Shown here one piece after another: positions 29,004 through 37,586 of a DNA stretch of 64,000 nucleotides. The notes under the pieces were generated by a model, which was not told the origin of the DNA, searched no databases, and saw nothing but the letters and a program-made list of their open reading frames with translations. This DNA comes from Deltaproteobacteria bacterium. GTDB taxonomy: Bacteria > Myxococcota > SpSt-1050. The translations under genes and the position numbers were made by a program. Each line of letters starts with the position of its first letter. The stretch's first letter is position 1. The stretch covers positions 61,941-125,940 of the forward strand of contig JAOAFA010000059.1 of the NCBI GenBank assembly GCA_026416535.1, written 5' to 3'.

Positions 29004-30230
29004 ATGCAAAAGATATCCATAGTTAGGTTATCCCACAAGATGTTTGATTCAATAGATAATATAAAGAGGTGTGTAGAAATAATTAAAGGGCATTATGATT
29101 CCCAGGAGAGTCTTATTATTATTGTGCCGTATATAAAAAAATTTTATGAAAGCCTCAAAGAAAGTATTTCAGCGTTTTATACACTGAACAGGGAATCTGA
29201 CTTAAACCAATTATATAGACCCACAGAGAATATCACATCGAGAATCTTAAAGTTCGCCCTTTTGTCAAAAGGCATATATACGATTGAGTTTGATCAAAAT
29301 TTGATTCAGATCCCCAAGAGAAAGCTATTTTCTGAGCCAACAATACCAGATTTTTATCGTGAATTCATTGAGAAGAATTTACAGAGGGGGACTGTATTGC
29401 TTGTAAGTGGTTTATCTGTGATTGATGAAAAAGGTCAAATTGATATGATACTAGGTGGGACCGATAGGATAACACCAATACTTTTTGCCAAATTGTTGGG
29501 TCAAAATAAGGTAATATATTATAGAGAAGACTTGCTATTTTTTACATCAAATAGAGAGTATGTGTCTAAGGCAAAGTTGATAAAAGAACTTGATTATGAT
29601 GAGGCAGCAAATATATTGTCTATATTTTCTTCTACAGCAAGTAGTTTTGAACTTGATGATTTGATGATAGCGAAAGATTGGAATATAGAAATAGAATTCA
29701 GGAGTTTTCATGAGCCAAACAGATACACCAAAATTTCGGGAGGACAAATGAAGAAGAATGTCGTAAAATCAATTATCGGTGATCCAAACAAGGCAAAGGT
29801 CTCTATTCACCAAGTGCAGGACAGACCAGGTGTAGCAGCTCGAATTTTTTCCCCTCTTGTCGAAAACGGAATCCAGATTTTTGATATTAGTAATATTGTT
29901 ACTATAGATGGTTTGTCAGATATATCATTTACTGTTTTAAGAGAGGATGCAAAAAGAGCCTATATCATTACGGAGAAGTTTGCCAAAGAGTGTGGAGCGA
30001 CTTCTGTGGAATACGATGATAACATAGCTGTTGTATCAGTGGTTGGGACGGGATTATATAAATCTCCTGATGTAGCATTTAAGATATTTTCAGTCCTTGC
30101 TAAAAATCGGATTAACATTAATTACATAAATGCCAATGATATAAAGATTTCAGTTGCTATTAATAGAGATTATCTTGAGTTAGCTTTGAGGCTATTACAC
30201 GAAACATTTGAATTAGATAAGAATGAATAG
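29004..30230 (+). CDS. aspartokinase-like protein (amino-acid-kinase fold plus two C-terminal ACT domains); N-terminal nucleotide motif degenerate
   Basis: The C-terminal ACT pair reads 'VSIHQVQDRPGVAARIFSPLVENGIQI' and 'VVSVVGTGLYKSPDVAFKIFSVLAKNRINI'. 'LGGTDRITPILFAKLLG' resembles the aspartokinase 'LGRGGSDTTA' block. The first beta-strand reads 'ISIVRLSHKM' instead of the expected 'VVQKFGGTS'. Confidence 0.5.
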   Translation: MQKISIVRLSHKMFDSIDNIKRCVEIIKGHYDSQESLIIIVPYIKKFYESLKESISAFYTLNRESDLNQLYRPTENITSRILKFALLSKGIYTIEFDQNLIQIPKRKLFSEPTIPDFYREFIEKNLQRGTVLLVSGLSVIDEKGQIDMILGGTDRITPILFAKLLGQNKVIYYREDLLFFTSNREYVSKAKLIKELDYDEAANILSIFSSTASSFELDDLMIAKDWNIEIEFRSFHEPNRYTKISGGQMKKNVVKSIIGDPNKAKVSIHQVQDRPGVAARIFSPLVENGIQIFDISNIVTIDGLSDISFTVLREDAKRAYIITEKFAKECGATSVEYDDNIAVVSVVGTGLYKSPDVAFKIFSVLAKNRININYINANDIKISVAINRDYLELALRLLHETFELDKNE

Positions 30231-30747
30231 ATTTTCATTCTTTGTCTTTCTATTCATTGCTGTAATTGTGGGGATAATCGGGAAAGTGACGCTGGCAAAT
30301 GAGGTTTTATATTACTCAGATGATATAATCTGTGACTACAAGATTCCTGTTAGTATTGGGATTTGTAAGACATTGTTTTGTAAAGGAAGGTATGTCGACG
30401 CCAAGAGTCTTAATGTACTCAAAAGATGTGGGTGTGCAATTAGGGATATCTCAGTATCATATGGCAAGAAAGTCATAATTAATGAAGATTGTAGTGTATA
30501 TGAGTATGACATGAGTGGTTATGAAAGGTTGTTGTTGGGTATGAGATTAGACATGAATACGGCTAACTTAAAGGACCTAATAAGCATTGATGGTATAGGA
30601 GAAGAATTGGCAAGTAGAATTATTGAATATAGAATAAAAAATGGAAAATTTAAGAGAGTCGATGAGCTTTTGAAGGTGAAAGGGATTGGTATAAATAGTT
30701 TAGGTAGATTAGAAAAAAATGTGTGTATAGAATGTGGACAAAAGTAG
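30223..30747 (+). CDS. comEA: ComEA-family helix-hairpin-helix DNA-binding protein
   Basis: C-terminal 'MNTANLKDLISIDGIGEELASRIIEYRIKNGKFKRVDELLKVKGIGINSL' is the tandem HhH ComEA motif. An N-terminal transmembrane/signal segment is present. Confidence 0.7.
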   Translation: MNRFSFFVFLFIAVIVGIIGKVTLANEVLYYSDDIICDYKIPVSIGICKTLFCKGRYVDAKSLNVLKRCGCAIRDISVSYGKKVIINEDCSVYEYDMSGYERLLLGMRLDMNTANLKDLISIDGIGEELASRIIEYRIKNGKFKRVDELLKVKGIGINSLGRLEKNVCIECGQK

Positions 30748-30768
30748 ATAAAATAAAGATGTGAGCTT

Positions 30769-31899
30769 TTAGTAGTGTTTTTTTATGCGGTATTGTTGTG
30801 ATGACTGCCCATCTGGATTGATGACCTTGAAATTGTATTCTATGATTGTTTGAACATTGACTTTTATCTGGATTTTTGTCTCACTTCTGAATATGTAGGT
30901 GAAGTTGTTGTATTCTGTTATTTCCTTCCATTCATTTCCATAGTCAATAAATACCTTTGAGGCATCCTTTACAAAGAAACAACCATCTATGTTCCAATAG
31001 ACAGTGCTGCCAACCTTCCAGTCTTTTGGATCATAGTCAATGACTCTAGGTGCAGTTATTACACATTGTCCATCAACACAATTGTTGTCGTGACAACAGT
31101 TTAACATTTTTACAAATTCCAGACCAGAGGGTTTACATAGGTAGATATCATTGTTTATACATTTTTTCTCTTTTTCCGGTTCGCATATCATACATTCACC
31201 GCCTGAACATCCGATTGTGCACTCAATCTCTTCCCATTCTGTCCCTATAGGATTACATTTTATGGCTCTGTTATCATTACAGAATTTATCAGAGGGCAGA
31301 CAGACTACGCACTGATTGTTGAAACATTTATAACTACATTTTTCTTTTATGTATATTCCATCTTGAGTACATATTTTTATATTTTCATCATCAGCACATA
31401 TTTTTTCATTTGGAAGGCATTCCATACAATGATCATTCTTGCATCCAATTTTACATTCTTCTTTCAAAACTAAGTTGTTGCTTTCATCGCATATGTAAAG
31501 GTTACTGTCTTTACAGATTAGATTTCCAGCGTTGCAGATTTCGACATCAGATAGCGCATCTACGTATTTTGTGTCTCCAGTGTTAAAATTGTCATAATTT
31601 TCATTACTGTCATAAGTTATGCTATCCATAGTGGTTTCTTTAATGTCATATTCGGGTTCAGTGTCATAGTGTATTATGTCTGTAATTTGTATATCGATTA
31701 TTTTGATATCCAAGCTTGGAATATCCGATAAATCATTTGCTTTTATGCATTTTCCACTTTTTAGATCGCATCTGTATCCTTCAATACATTGATTTTGGGA
31801 GTTACAGAATCTATCTTCAAGTATAGAATAGTCAACAGAGCAATGCACTAATATAGTTGTTGTTAGAAGAAGTATAATGTAAAGCGCTTTCATCCTCAT
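30769..31899 (-). CDS. secreted cysteine-rich repeat protein (four tandem 6-Cys modules plus a C-terminal beta-rich domain)
   Basis: Signal peptide. Four consecutive modules of roughly 40 aa each fit C-x7-8-C-x10-12-C-x3-C-x4-C-x2-C. An acidic Asp/Tyr/Thr-rich linker precedes them. Confidence 0.5.
   Translation of the reverse strand: MRMKALYIILLLTTTILVHCSVDYSILEDRFCNSQNQCIEGYRCDLKSGKCIKANDLSDIPSLDIKIIDIQITDIIHYDTEPEYDIKETTMDSITYDSNENYDNFNTGDTKYVDALSDVEICNAGNLICKDSNLYICDESNNLVLKEECKIGCKNDHCMECLPNEKICADDENIKICTQDGIYIKEKCSYKCFNNQCVVCLPSDKFCNDNRAIKCNPIGTEWEEIECTIGCSGGECMICEPEKEKKCINNDIYLCKPSGLEFVKMLNCCHDNNCVDGQCVITAPRVIDYDPKDWKVGSTVYWNIDGCFFVKDASKVFIDYGNEWKEITEYNNFTYIFRSETKIQIKVNVQTIIEYNFKVINPDGQSSQQYRIKKHY
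31056..31542 (-). repeat. four tandem copies of a roughly 120-nt unit encoding a 6-Cys module inside CDS 30769-31899
   Basis: The protein-level periodicity (ICxDxNLYIC..ECKIGC..HCMEC / ICxDENIKIC..KCSYKC..QCVVC / FCNDNRAIKC..ECTIGC..ECMIC / KCINNDIYLC..NCCHDNNC..QCVI) maps to this nucleotide span. Confidence 0.5.
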
Positions 31900-32132
31900 A
31901 CTAATTATTAATTATATCCCTTAAGTAAGGGGTAGTCAAAGTTAATAATGGGTTAATGTGGATTTTTAATGACTGATGTAGAATACATGTTTTTGCGGTG
32001 TAAATTGAGCATTGGCTTTTTGAGATACACAAAAGCACTCATAGGTTATTCCTAGGTACACTTAGTTACCTCTTAGTCATTTAATGTATGAAATATGTCA
32101 ACTCTGATTTAAGGCTTAGTTGATATTTTTAT

Positions 32133-33062
32133 CTACTCGATTATATATTTTCTTGGATTTACATTTATACCATTTACTATAACTTCATAGTGCAGGTGTG
32201 GGCCCGTTGTCCTTCCGGAGTTACCTACTGTCCCGATGGTCTGACCTCTAATTACTCTATCGCCGGCTCTCACTTTTATATCATTCAAGTGTCCATACAG
32301 GGTAACAATACCAAGTCCGTGGTCTATAACTATCTCATTCCCAAGCCCTGCATTAAAACCAGTTGAGACTACAGTCCCGTCAGCAGGTGCAATAACAGGA
32401 ACACCGATACTTGTTGCGATGTCGATGCCTCTATGAAATGTTTTTTCTCCAGTAAAGGGGTCGTATCTGAATCCGAATTCTGATGTTATCCATCCATAGC
32501 ATGGCCACCTTGCAGGGGTACTCCTCAATATCTCCTTGCGCTCTTCAAAGTATTTATGTAGCTCTTCCATCTCCTTCTGGTTAATTTCTATTTCTCCAGA
32601 TAAAAGCTCAACTCTACTTCTCAGAATCGAAAGTCTCATCATCTTTGTTTTGCTGTTGAGGTATGAAAGGTCTTCAAGAGAAGGCAAATTTATTATATTC
32701 TCCTTATTCATATCACCAATAGGGCCAATAGATAGGTTACGATCTGAATCGTTGATACTTGCTATCAATTTTATCTTGTTTTTAAATATCTCCACCTTAT
32801 TTAAGGCCTCAGCTAACTTCTTTGTTTCGGCTGATAAATCCTTTAATTCTGAAGATAATTTATTATTTTCTGCCCGAAGGTGAAGATTCTCCCATGCCAT
32901 GTCTTGAAGAAAGGCATAGTGGATAACCACGATGAAAAATAATATCGCCAAAACACAAAATACCCCTAACCCCACTAATATACTTTTTTTACTAATTGAA
33001 AACTGATATCTCTTTGGAGAATCATCGGGTATAAAAAATATCGTGTATCTACTATTTTTCAA
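32133..33062 (-). CDS. M23-family metallopeptidase (LytM domain) with N-terminal membrane anchor and coiled coil (EnvC/NlpD-like)
   Basis: 'FHRGIDIA' and 'TGFNAGLGNEIVIDHGLGIVTLYGHL...GRTTGPHLHYEV' give the HxxxD/HxH zinc site. An N-terminal transmembrane helix and a long coiled-coil region are present. Confidence 0.8.
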   Translation of the reverse strand: MKNSRYTIFFIPDDSPKRYQFSISKKSILVGLGVFCVLAILFFIVVIHYAFLQDMAWENLHLRAENNKLSSELKDLSAETKKLAEALNKVEIFKNKIKLIASINDSDRNLSIGPIGDMNKENIINLPSLEDLSYLNSKTKMMRLSILRSRVELLSGEIEINQKEMEELHKYFEERKEILRSTPARWPCYGWITSEFGFRYDPFTGEKTFHRGIDIATSIGVPVIAPADGTVVSTGFNAGLGNEIVIDHGLGIVTLYGHLNDIKVRAGDRVIRGQTIGTVGNSGRTTGPHLHYEVIVNGINVNPRKYIIE

Positions 33063-33397
33063 AAATCACTCCTTCTTCTACCAGTAGTTTAATTACTCTT
33101 CTTACAAAATTCTTTCTTATCAAATTACCTATTGGATTGTCAAGAGAATTTTTTCAGTTAGCCGCTTTGAAATTAAAATGTACATTATTTTTCAGATAAA
33201 AAATGACACTTTGCAGAGATAAGAGTAAATAAAGAGGAAAAATAGAGAAACAAACATTCAATTAGTTTAATTACTTTTTTCAAGGTTAACATATTTGGCG
33301 ATAAAGAGATCAAACTATGAACTGCTTCTGATTGTTTAATGTTGCACAATGTAAACTAATGATGTATAAACCAGGTAGTGTATGGAGGTCATATGTC

Positions 33398-35026
33398 ATG
33401 AAATTTATTTATTCAATATACATATTTTTCCTTGTACCATGGTCTATTTTTGCAATGGATATGAAGAATTTACTTAGAAAATTCGATTTCTATACGTCTG
33501 AGGTAAGTATTAAGAACCTTCCTGACTCTGAAAAGAAGTGTATTTTAAAGCTCATGGAAACTGGACCCTACATTGATAAGATATTTTTAAGGCAGAATTT
33601 TTCGAAAAATTTAGAGGTACTTGAGGAGATTAAGAGGAGTAAAAATAAAGAGCTTATTAAACTCTTTAACATCCATTATGGGCCTTTTGACCGGACAGAT
33701 GAACACAGATCATTTTTCAGAGATTATATAAGGCCGCTTGGAGGTGGATTTTATCCTGATGACATGTCGAAAGAGGAATTTGACACATTTATTAAAGTTC
33801 ACCCTGAGAAGAAAGATGATCTTACCTCCCCATTTACAGTGGTCAAGAGGGATAACAAGAATTGGCTATATGCCGTTTTCTATCATAAGGAGTACGAAGC
33901 AGATGTAAAGGCAATCTCAAAGATCATGCTTGAGGCGTCTGAGCTTACACAAAATGAGAGCCTAAAAAGATATCTGAAATTGAGGGCAGAGGCATTACTA
34001 AATGATAAGTATTTCGAATCAGATATAGCATGGCTCGAACTAAAAGACCATCTGTTAGATGCGGTAATAGCACCCTATGAGACTTACGATGACATGTTGT
34101 TTGGATACAAGGCAGGATATGAAGGTATAATTCTCATGACTGATATTAAGGCAACACAAGATATAAAAATATTTGATTCATATGCTGTGGAGCTTGAAAG
34201 AGCCCTTCCGATTCCTGATGCTTACAAAAAGAAGAATATCGGAGCTCATAACCCTATTGGAGTATATTATGTGCTCCAATACAGTGGACAGGCTAATGCG
34301 GGGATAAAGTCTATAGCAGCTTCTTTACCAAATGATGAGAAGGTGAGGGAACAGAGAGGGGCCAAGACCATTATATTCAGAAATGTCATAGATGCAAAGT
34401 TTGAAAAAATACTTAAACCTATTGGTAAAGAGCTAATAGATGATTCACAAATTAAATATATTAGCAGAGATTCCTTTTTCCAACATGCCCTCTTACATGA
34501 ACTTGCCCATCCACTTGGGGCAAACTTTGTAGTAAAAAACAATGAATTTTCGAATGAGACAGTTAGATTTGCTCTGAAAGATAAATATTCTACTATTGAG
34601 GAGGCAAAGGCTGATATTCTTGGATTATATAATTTACAATTTTTCATAAACAAGAAACTTATAAAACCTGAGGAGGAATTGAATGCCTATGTAACACATC
34701 TTGCAAGCATATTTAGAACAATTAGGTTTGGTGCGAGTGAAGATCATGCGAAAGGGTGTGTTATACAACTCTACTATATTCTTGAGAATGGAGGAATTCT
34801 CTATAATGAAAAAACCCGAAAATATAGTGTCAATTTAGAAAAATTTAGAGAAGCTGTTAGATCACTAAGCTCGCTTTTACTCACAATTGAAGCCACTGGT
34901 GATTACGATTCGGCCTCTAAATTGATTGAGAAAATGGCATATATCAGGGATATAGAAAATGAGAATCTAAAAAGGCTTGAAAAAATACCAATAGACATAG
35001 TTTTTAATGTGAAGGTAATAAAATGA
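33398..35026 (+). CDS. M49-family (dipeptidyl-peptidase III-like) zinc metallopeptidase with pentapeptide HExxH motif, predicted secreted
   Basis: 'HALLHELAHPLG' (HELAH), and 33 residues later 'IEEAKADILGLY', which matches the second DPP III zinc motif 'EEaRADLFGLY'. N-terminal signal peptide. GGAGG lies 9 nt upstream of the ATG at 33398. Confidence 0.5.
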   Translation: MKFIYSIYIFFLVPWSIFAMDMKNLLRKFDFYTSEVSIKNLPDSEKKCILKLMETGPYIDKIFLRQNFSKNLEVLEEIKRSKNKELIKLFNIHYGPFDRTDEHRSFFRDYIRPLGGGFYPDDMSKEEFDTFIKVHPEKKDDLTSPFTVVKRDNKNWLYAVFYHKEYEADVKAISKIMLEASELTQNESLKRYLKLRAEALLNDKYFESDIAWLELKDHLLDAVIAPYETYDDMLFGYKAGYEGIILMTDIKATQDIKIFDSYAVELERALPIPDAYKKKNIGAHNPIGVYYVLQYSGQANAGIKSIAASLPNDEKVREQRGAKTIIFRNVIDAKFEKILKPIGKELIDDSQIKYISRDSFFQHALLHELAHPLGANFVVKNNEFSNETVRFALKDKYSTIEEAKADILGLYNLQFFINKKLIKPEEELNAYVTHLASIFRTIRFGASEDHAKGCVIQLYYILENGGILYNEKTRKYSVNLEKFREAVRSLSSLLLTIEATGDYDSASKLIEKMAYIRDIENENLKRLEKIPIDIVFNVKVIK

Positions 35027-35745
35027 GGGTTCTTAGTATTATATTTTTAATTGTTTTTTTATACTCTTGTACAAGATCGCCTGAAAAACTAGGAGATGAG
35101 GCATTTAAAAGGCATGACTATGCTATGGCAATTAGATACTATATGGCTGCCCTGTCTAAGAGACCAAATGATGAAAGGATTATAGAAGCCCTCTCGAAGG
35201 CAAGGATTAACTACGCGAAAAAATTCTTCATTGAGGCATCAAGGGGAATGCATAATAACGTGGAAGAGTGGGAGATATTATCACAACATCTTGAGGCAGA
35301 AGGAGGGAAGTATAAGATCGAGCTAGTAGAAACTTACTATACCATTGCTAAGAAATACATTGAAAATGGTAGAATTGATGATGCATTACAAGTGCTAAAA
35401 AAGGCCGCCGCTGTTGAACCGGTGAAAAAGATAGCGATAGGAAAAATTTTTGATATATTAGCCACCATACCAGATGACAAAGTAGAACAATATACTGAAA
35501 CATTTGTAAACGAGAATAGTCAGGATGTAGATGTTTGTATAAAGGCTGCGTCATTCCTAGCAAATAAAGAATTTTTAGATAAATCCATAGAAATTTATGA
35601 TAGGTGTATTTCTCTAATTTCAAAGCCAGCTTTAAGGGAACAGATTGTTATTGAAAGAGAGACCATCCAGAAAAGGCGCGAAAGAAAGAGGGATAAGCAA
35701 GGTTATCAGCCTGGTCAATGGGAAAGTGGTGATAAAAGAAGATGA
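35023..35745 (+). CDS. TPR-repeat lipoprotein
   Basis: Lipobox 'FLYSCT'. TPR-like helical repeats. There is a 4-nt overlap with the upstream gene. Confidence 0.5.
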   Translation: MRVLSIIFLIVFLYSCTRSPEKLGDEAFKRHDYAMAIRYYMAALSKRPNDERIIEALSKARINYAKKFFIEASRGMHNNVEEWEILSQHLEAEGGKYKIELVETYYTIAKKYIENGRIDDALQVLKKAAAVEPVKKIAIGKIFDILATIPDDKVEQYTETFVNENSQDVDVCIKAASFLANKEFLDKSIEIYDRCISLISKPALREQIVIERETIQKRRERKRDKQGYQPGQWESGDKRR

Positions 35746-36410
35746 GCTCTGTTCATATAAGCTCTCAAAACAAGATTAAAATAAACAAGATTATTGATTC
35801 TGCTAAGGAACGTGGCAGTAAAATTTTAGTTTATGATGCATTAAGGATATTAAAGCTTGCAGGTGCATCAGTAGTCGATTCTTTCCTTGCCTTAAATTCT
35901 CAGGAGATTATAGTGTTTGCATCCCAGATAGAACCTCCGATAGTCCTAAAAAAAATAGAATATGATAAACTTCCAGACAGTGGAATAGAGACTTACATGG
36001 ACATTAAAACTGCTATTGAGGCATTAGATATTGCCCTAAAAGATAAAGAATTAATAGAAGGGACATGTTTTTTAATTCAAGAGAAAGCGCCAAAGGACCT
36101 AAAACTAAAGGTCATCTGTGATGAAAACGAATTAAGGCTTGAAGATGTAAAGAACGGCTCCCAAATAATACTACCTCCAGATTTAAATATTGAAAAACTA
36201 ATTAGTCAAAAAGATACCCTAAAAACTTTTTTGTCCAGTTCTACGAATGCAGATAACTATGACATCAAAGCCCTTGGTATGTTACTCTTGATCATCTCAT
36301 CAATAAAGATGTCTTTCGAAACAATAGCAAAAATCGAAGTGACATCTTTCTACTTATATAGAGAAGGTCTGGGATATATAATCACAGATGCATTTATATT
36401 TCTCAAATAA
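35742..36410 (+). CDS. ATP-grasp-like protein related to the beta-subunit of ADP-forming acyl-CoA synthetases; catalytic His position not conserved
   Basis: 'IIDSAKERGSKILVYDALRILKLAGASVVDSF...PPIVLKKIEYDKLPDSGIETYMDIKTAIEALD' runs collinear with ACD-beta 'IIEKAK...EAKEILKLYGIPVPEF...[31 protein letters not shown]'. 'KLPDSGIE' replaces 'HKSDAGGV'. There is a 4-nt overlap with the upstream gene. Confidence 0.45.
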   Translation: MSSVHISSQNKIKINKIIDSAKERGSKILVYDALRILKLAGASVVDSFLALNSQEIIVFASQIEPPIVLKKIEYDKLPDSGIETYMDIKTAIEALDIALKDKELIEGTCFLIQEKAPKDLKLKVICDENELRLEDVKNGSQIILPPDLNIEKLISQKDTLKTFLSSSTNADNYDIKALGMLLLIISSIKMSFETIAKIEVTSFYLYREGLGYIITDAFIFLK

Positions 36411-36425
36411 ATTAAATGCCGAACT

Positions 36426-37103
36426 ATGATTAAAAATTGTGTCTTAATAATCCTACTCTTTTTTGCAGGTAGTGCTCTTGCTGAGAATGTTCCACTAAAT
36501 TTGGGCTTTGGGCCGGCTTTGAATTACATTCCCAAGATAATATCTAATGACCAGTTTTTACACTATTCGCTGAAGCTCGATATATATGCAGTTCTTGATA
36601 GAGATTTTATTGAAAAACACAAATCAAAAATACCAAAAAAATATAGAAAATTCGTAGAAAGTAAAGATGAATTAAGAGTATCCTATATATTTATCCCAGA
36701 GTCTCTATTTATATCTCCTAAGTACCAAAATACTGGTATATATGGAATAAATTTCAGACCTCTGTCTTTAGGTCTACCCATTGTCAAGACAGATACTTTT
36801 AAGAACAGATTAAACATGGGTATAAACCTTACCTATTTATTTATACATTCTGATAAGATCTTTAATGAAAAAGGTAGCATGCACTTTTTGAGACCAGCTT
36901 TAAATTTGCAATTTGACAACCTGTTAAAAATATCTAAAAAGTTTTTGGTCTCTTTAGGAGTTGACACCTACTTCTTTATTCCACAAAAAGTCGAAGATAA
37001 ATCAAACATTTTTGAGAGTGGAGATATAAACGATAGCATTTGGTTTATCGGGCAAATTTATGTTTTACTTAACCCACGAGTGATGTATAAAGTAAAAATG
37101 TAA
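36426..37103 (+). CDS. hypothetical secreted (possibly outer-membrane) protein
   Basis: Signal peptide 'LLFFAGSALAEN'. Alternating hydrophobic pattern. No motifs. Confidence 0.35.
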   Translation: MIKNCVLIILLFFAGSALAENVPLNLGFGPALNYIPKIISNDQFLHYSLKLDIYAVLDRDFIEKHKSKIPKKYRKFVESKDELRVSYIFIPESLFISPKYQNTGIYGINFRPLSLGLPIVKTDTFKNRLNMGINLTYLFIHSDKIFNEKGSMHFLRPALNLQFDNLLKISKKFLVSLGVDTYFFIPQKVEDKSNIFESGDINDSIWFIGQIYVLLNPRVMYKVKM

Positions 37104-37213
37104 AATACACATCAACTTCGACCTAACCCTTCTCAATGCACAAAATATATTAAAAACTGAGCTTTATCGATCTACCATTACTTAATTCGTGTTTTATAAA
37201 TATAATTATCTTG

Positions 37214-37400
37214 CTTATCTAAAATTTTCTTCCTAAGTTCCTTTGAGGATTACTTGTCATATCAATACTTAGTTGTTATCTAAAATCTAACATGTTTGAA
37301 AATGTAGACAAATATCCATATTGGGAAAGTGATACTTGTTGATAACAATTCCACATAATGTACTATCTAAAAACCATAGTTTGTTATTCAAAATCTATTC
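37214..37400 (+). repeat. repeated 'TTGTTATCTAAAATCTA'-like motif in an AT-rich 480-bp untranslated region upstream of galT
   Basis: Near-identical 17-mers at 37273-37289 (ttgttatctaaaatcta) and 37381-37397 (ttgttattcaaaatcta). Shorter copies 'tatctaaaat' sit near 37217 and 37363. An inverted repeat TTGTT-N3-AACAA lies at 37337-37349. Confidence 0.4.
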
Positions 37401-37586
37401 TCCATACTCTATAGTTTATATGTAAATTCCACCATACACAGTAGAGAGTTTCATAAGTGGGAGAAATAAGAGCTTCATGTTCTGTGTCAGATACAATGTT
37501 CATATCATTTTTATTTTTTTAACTATTTTAATTGCTTATCCATAAAAATCCAAATATAATCAATAAGCTTTTTAGGAGGTCAGTGT

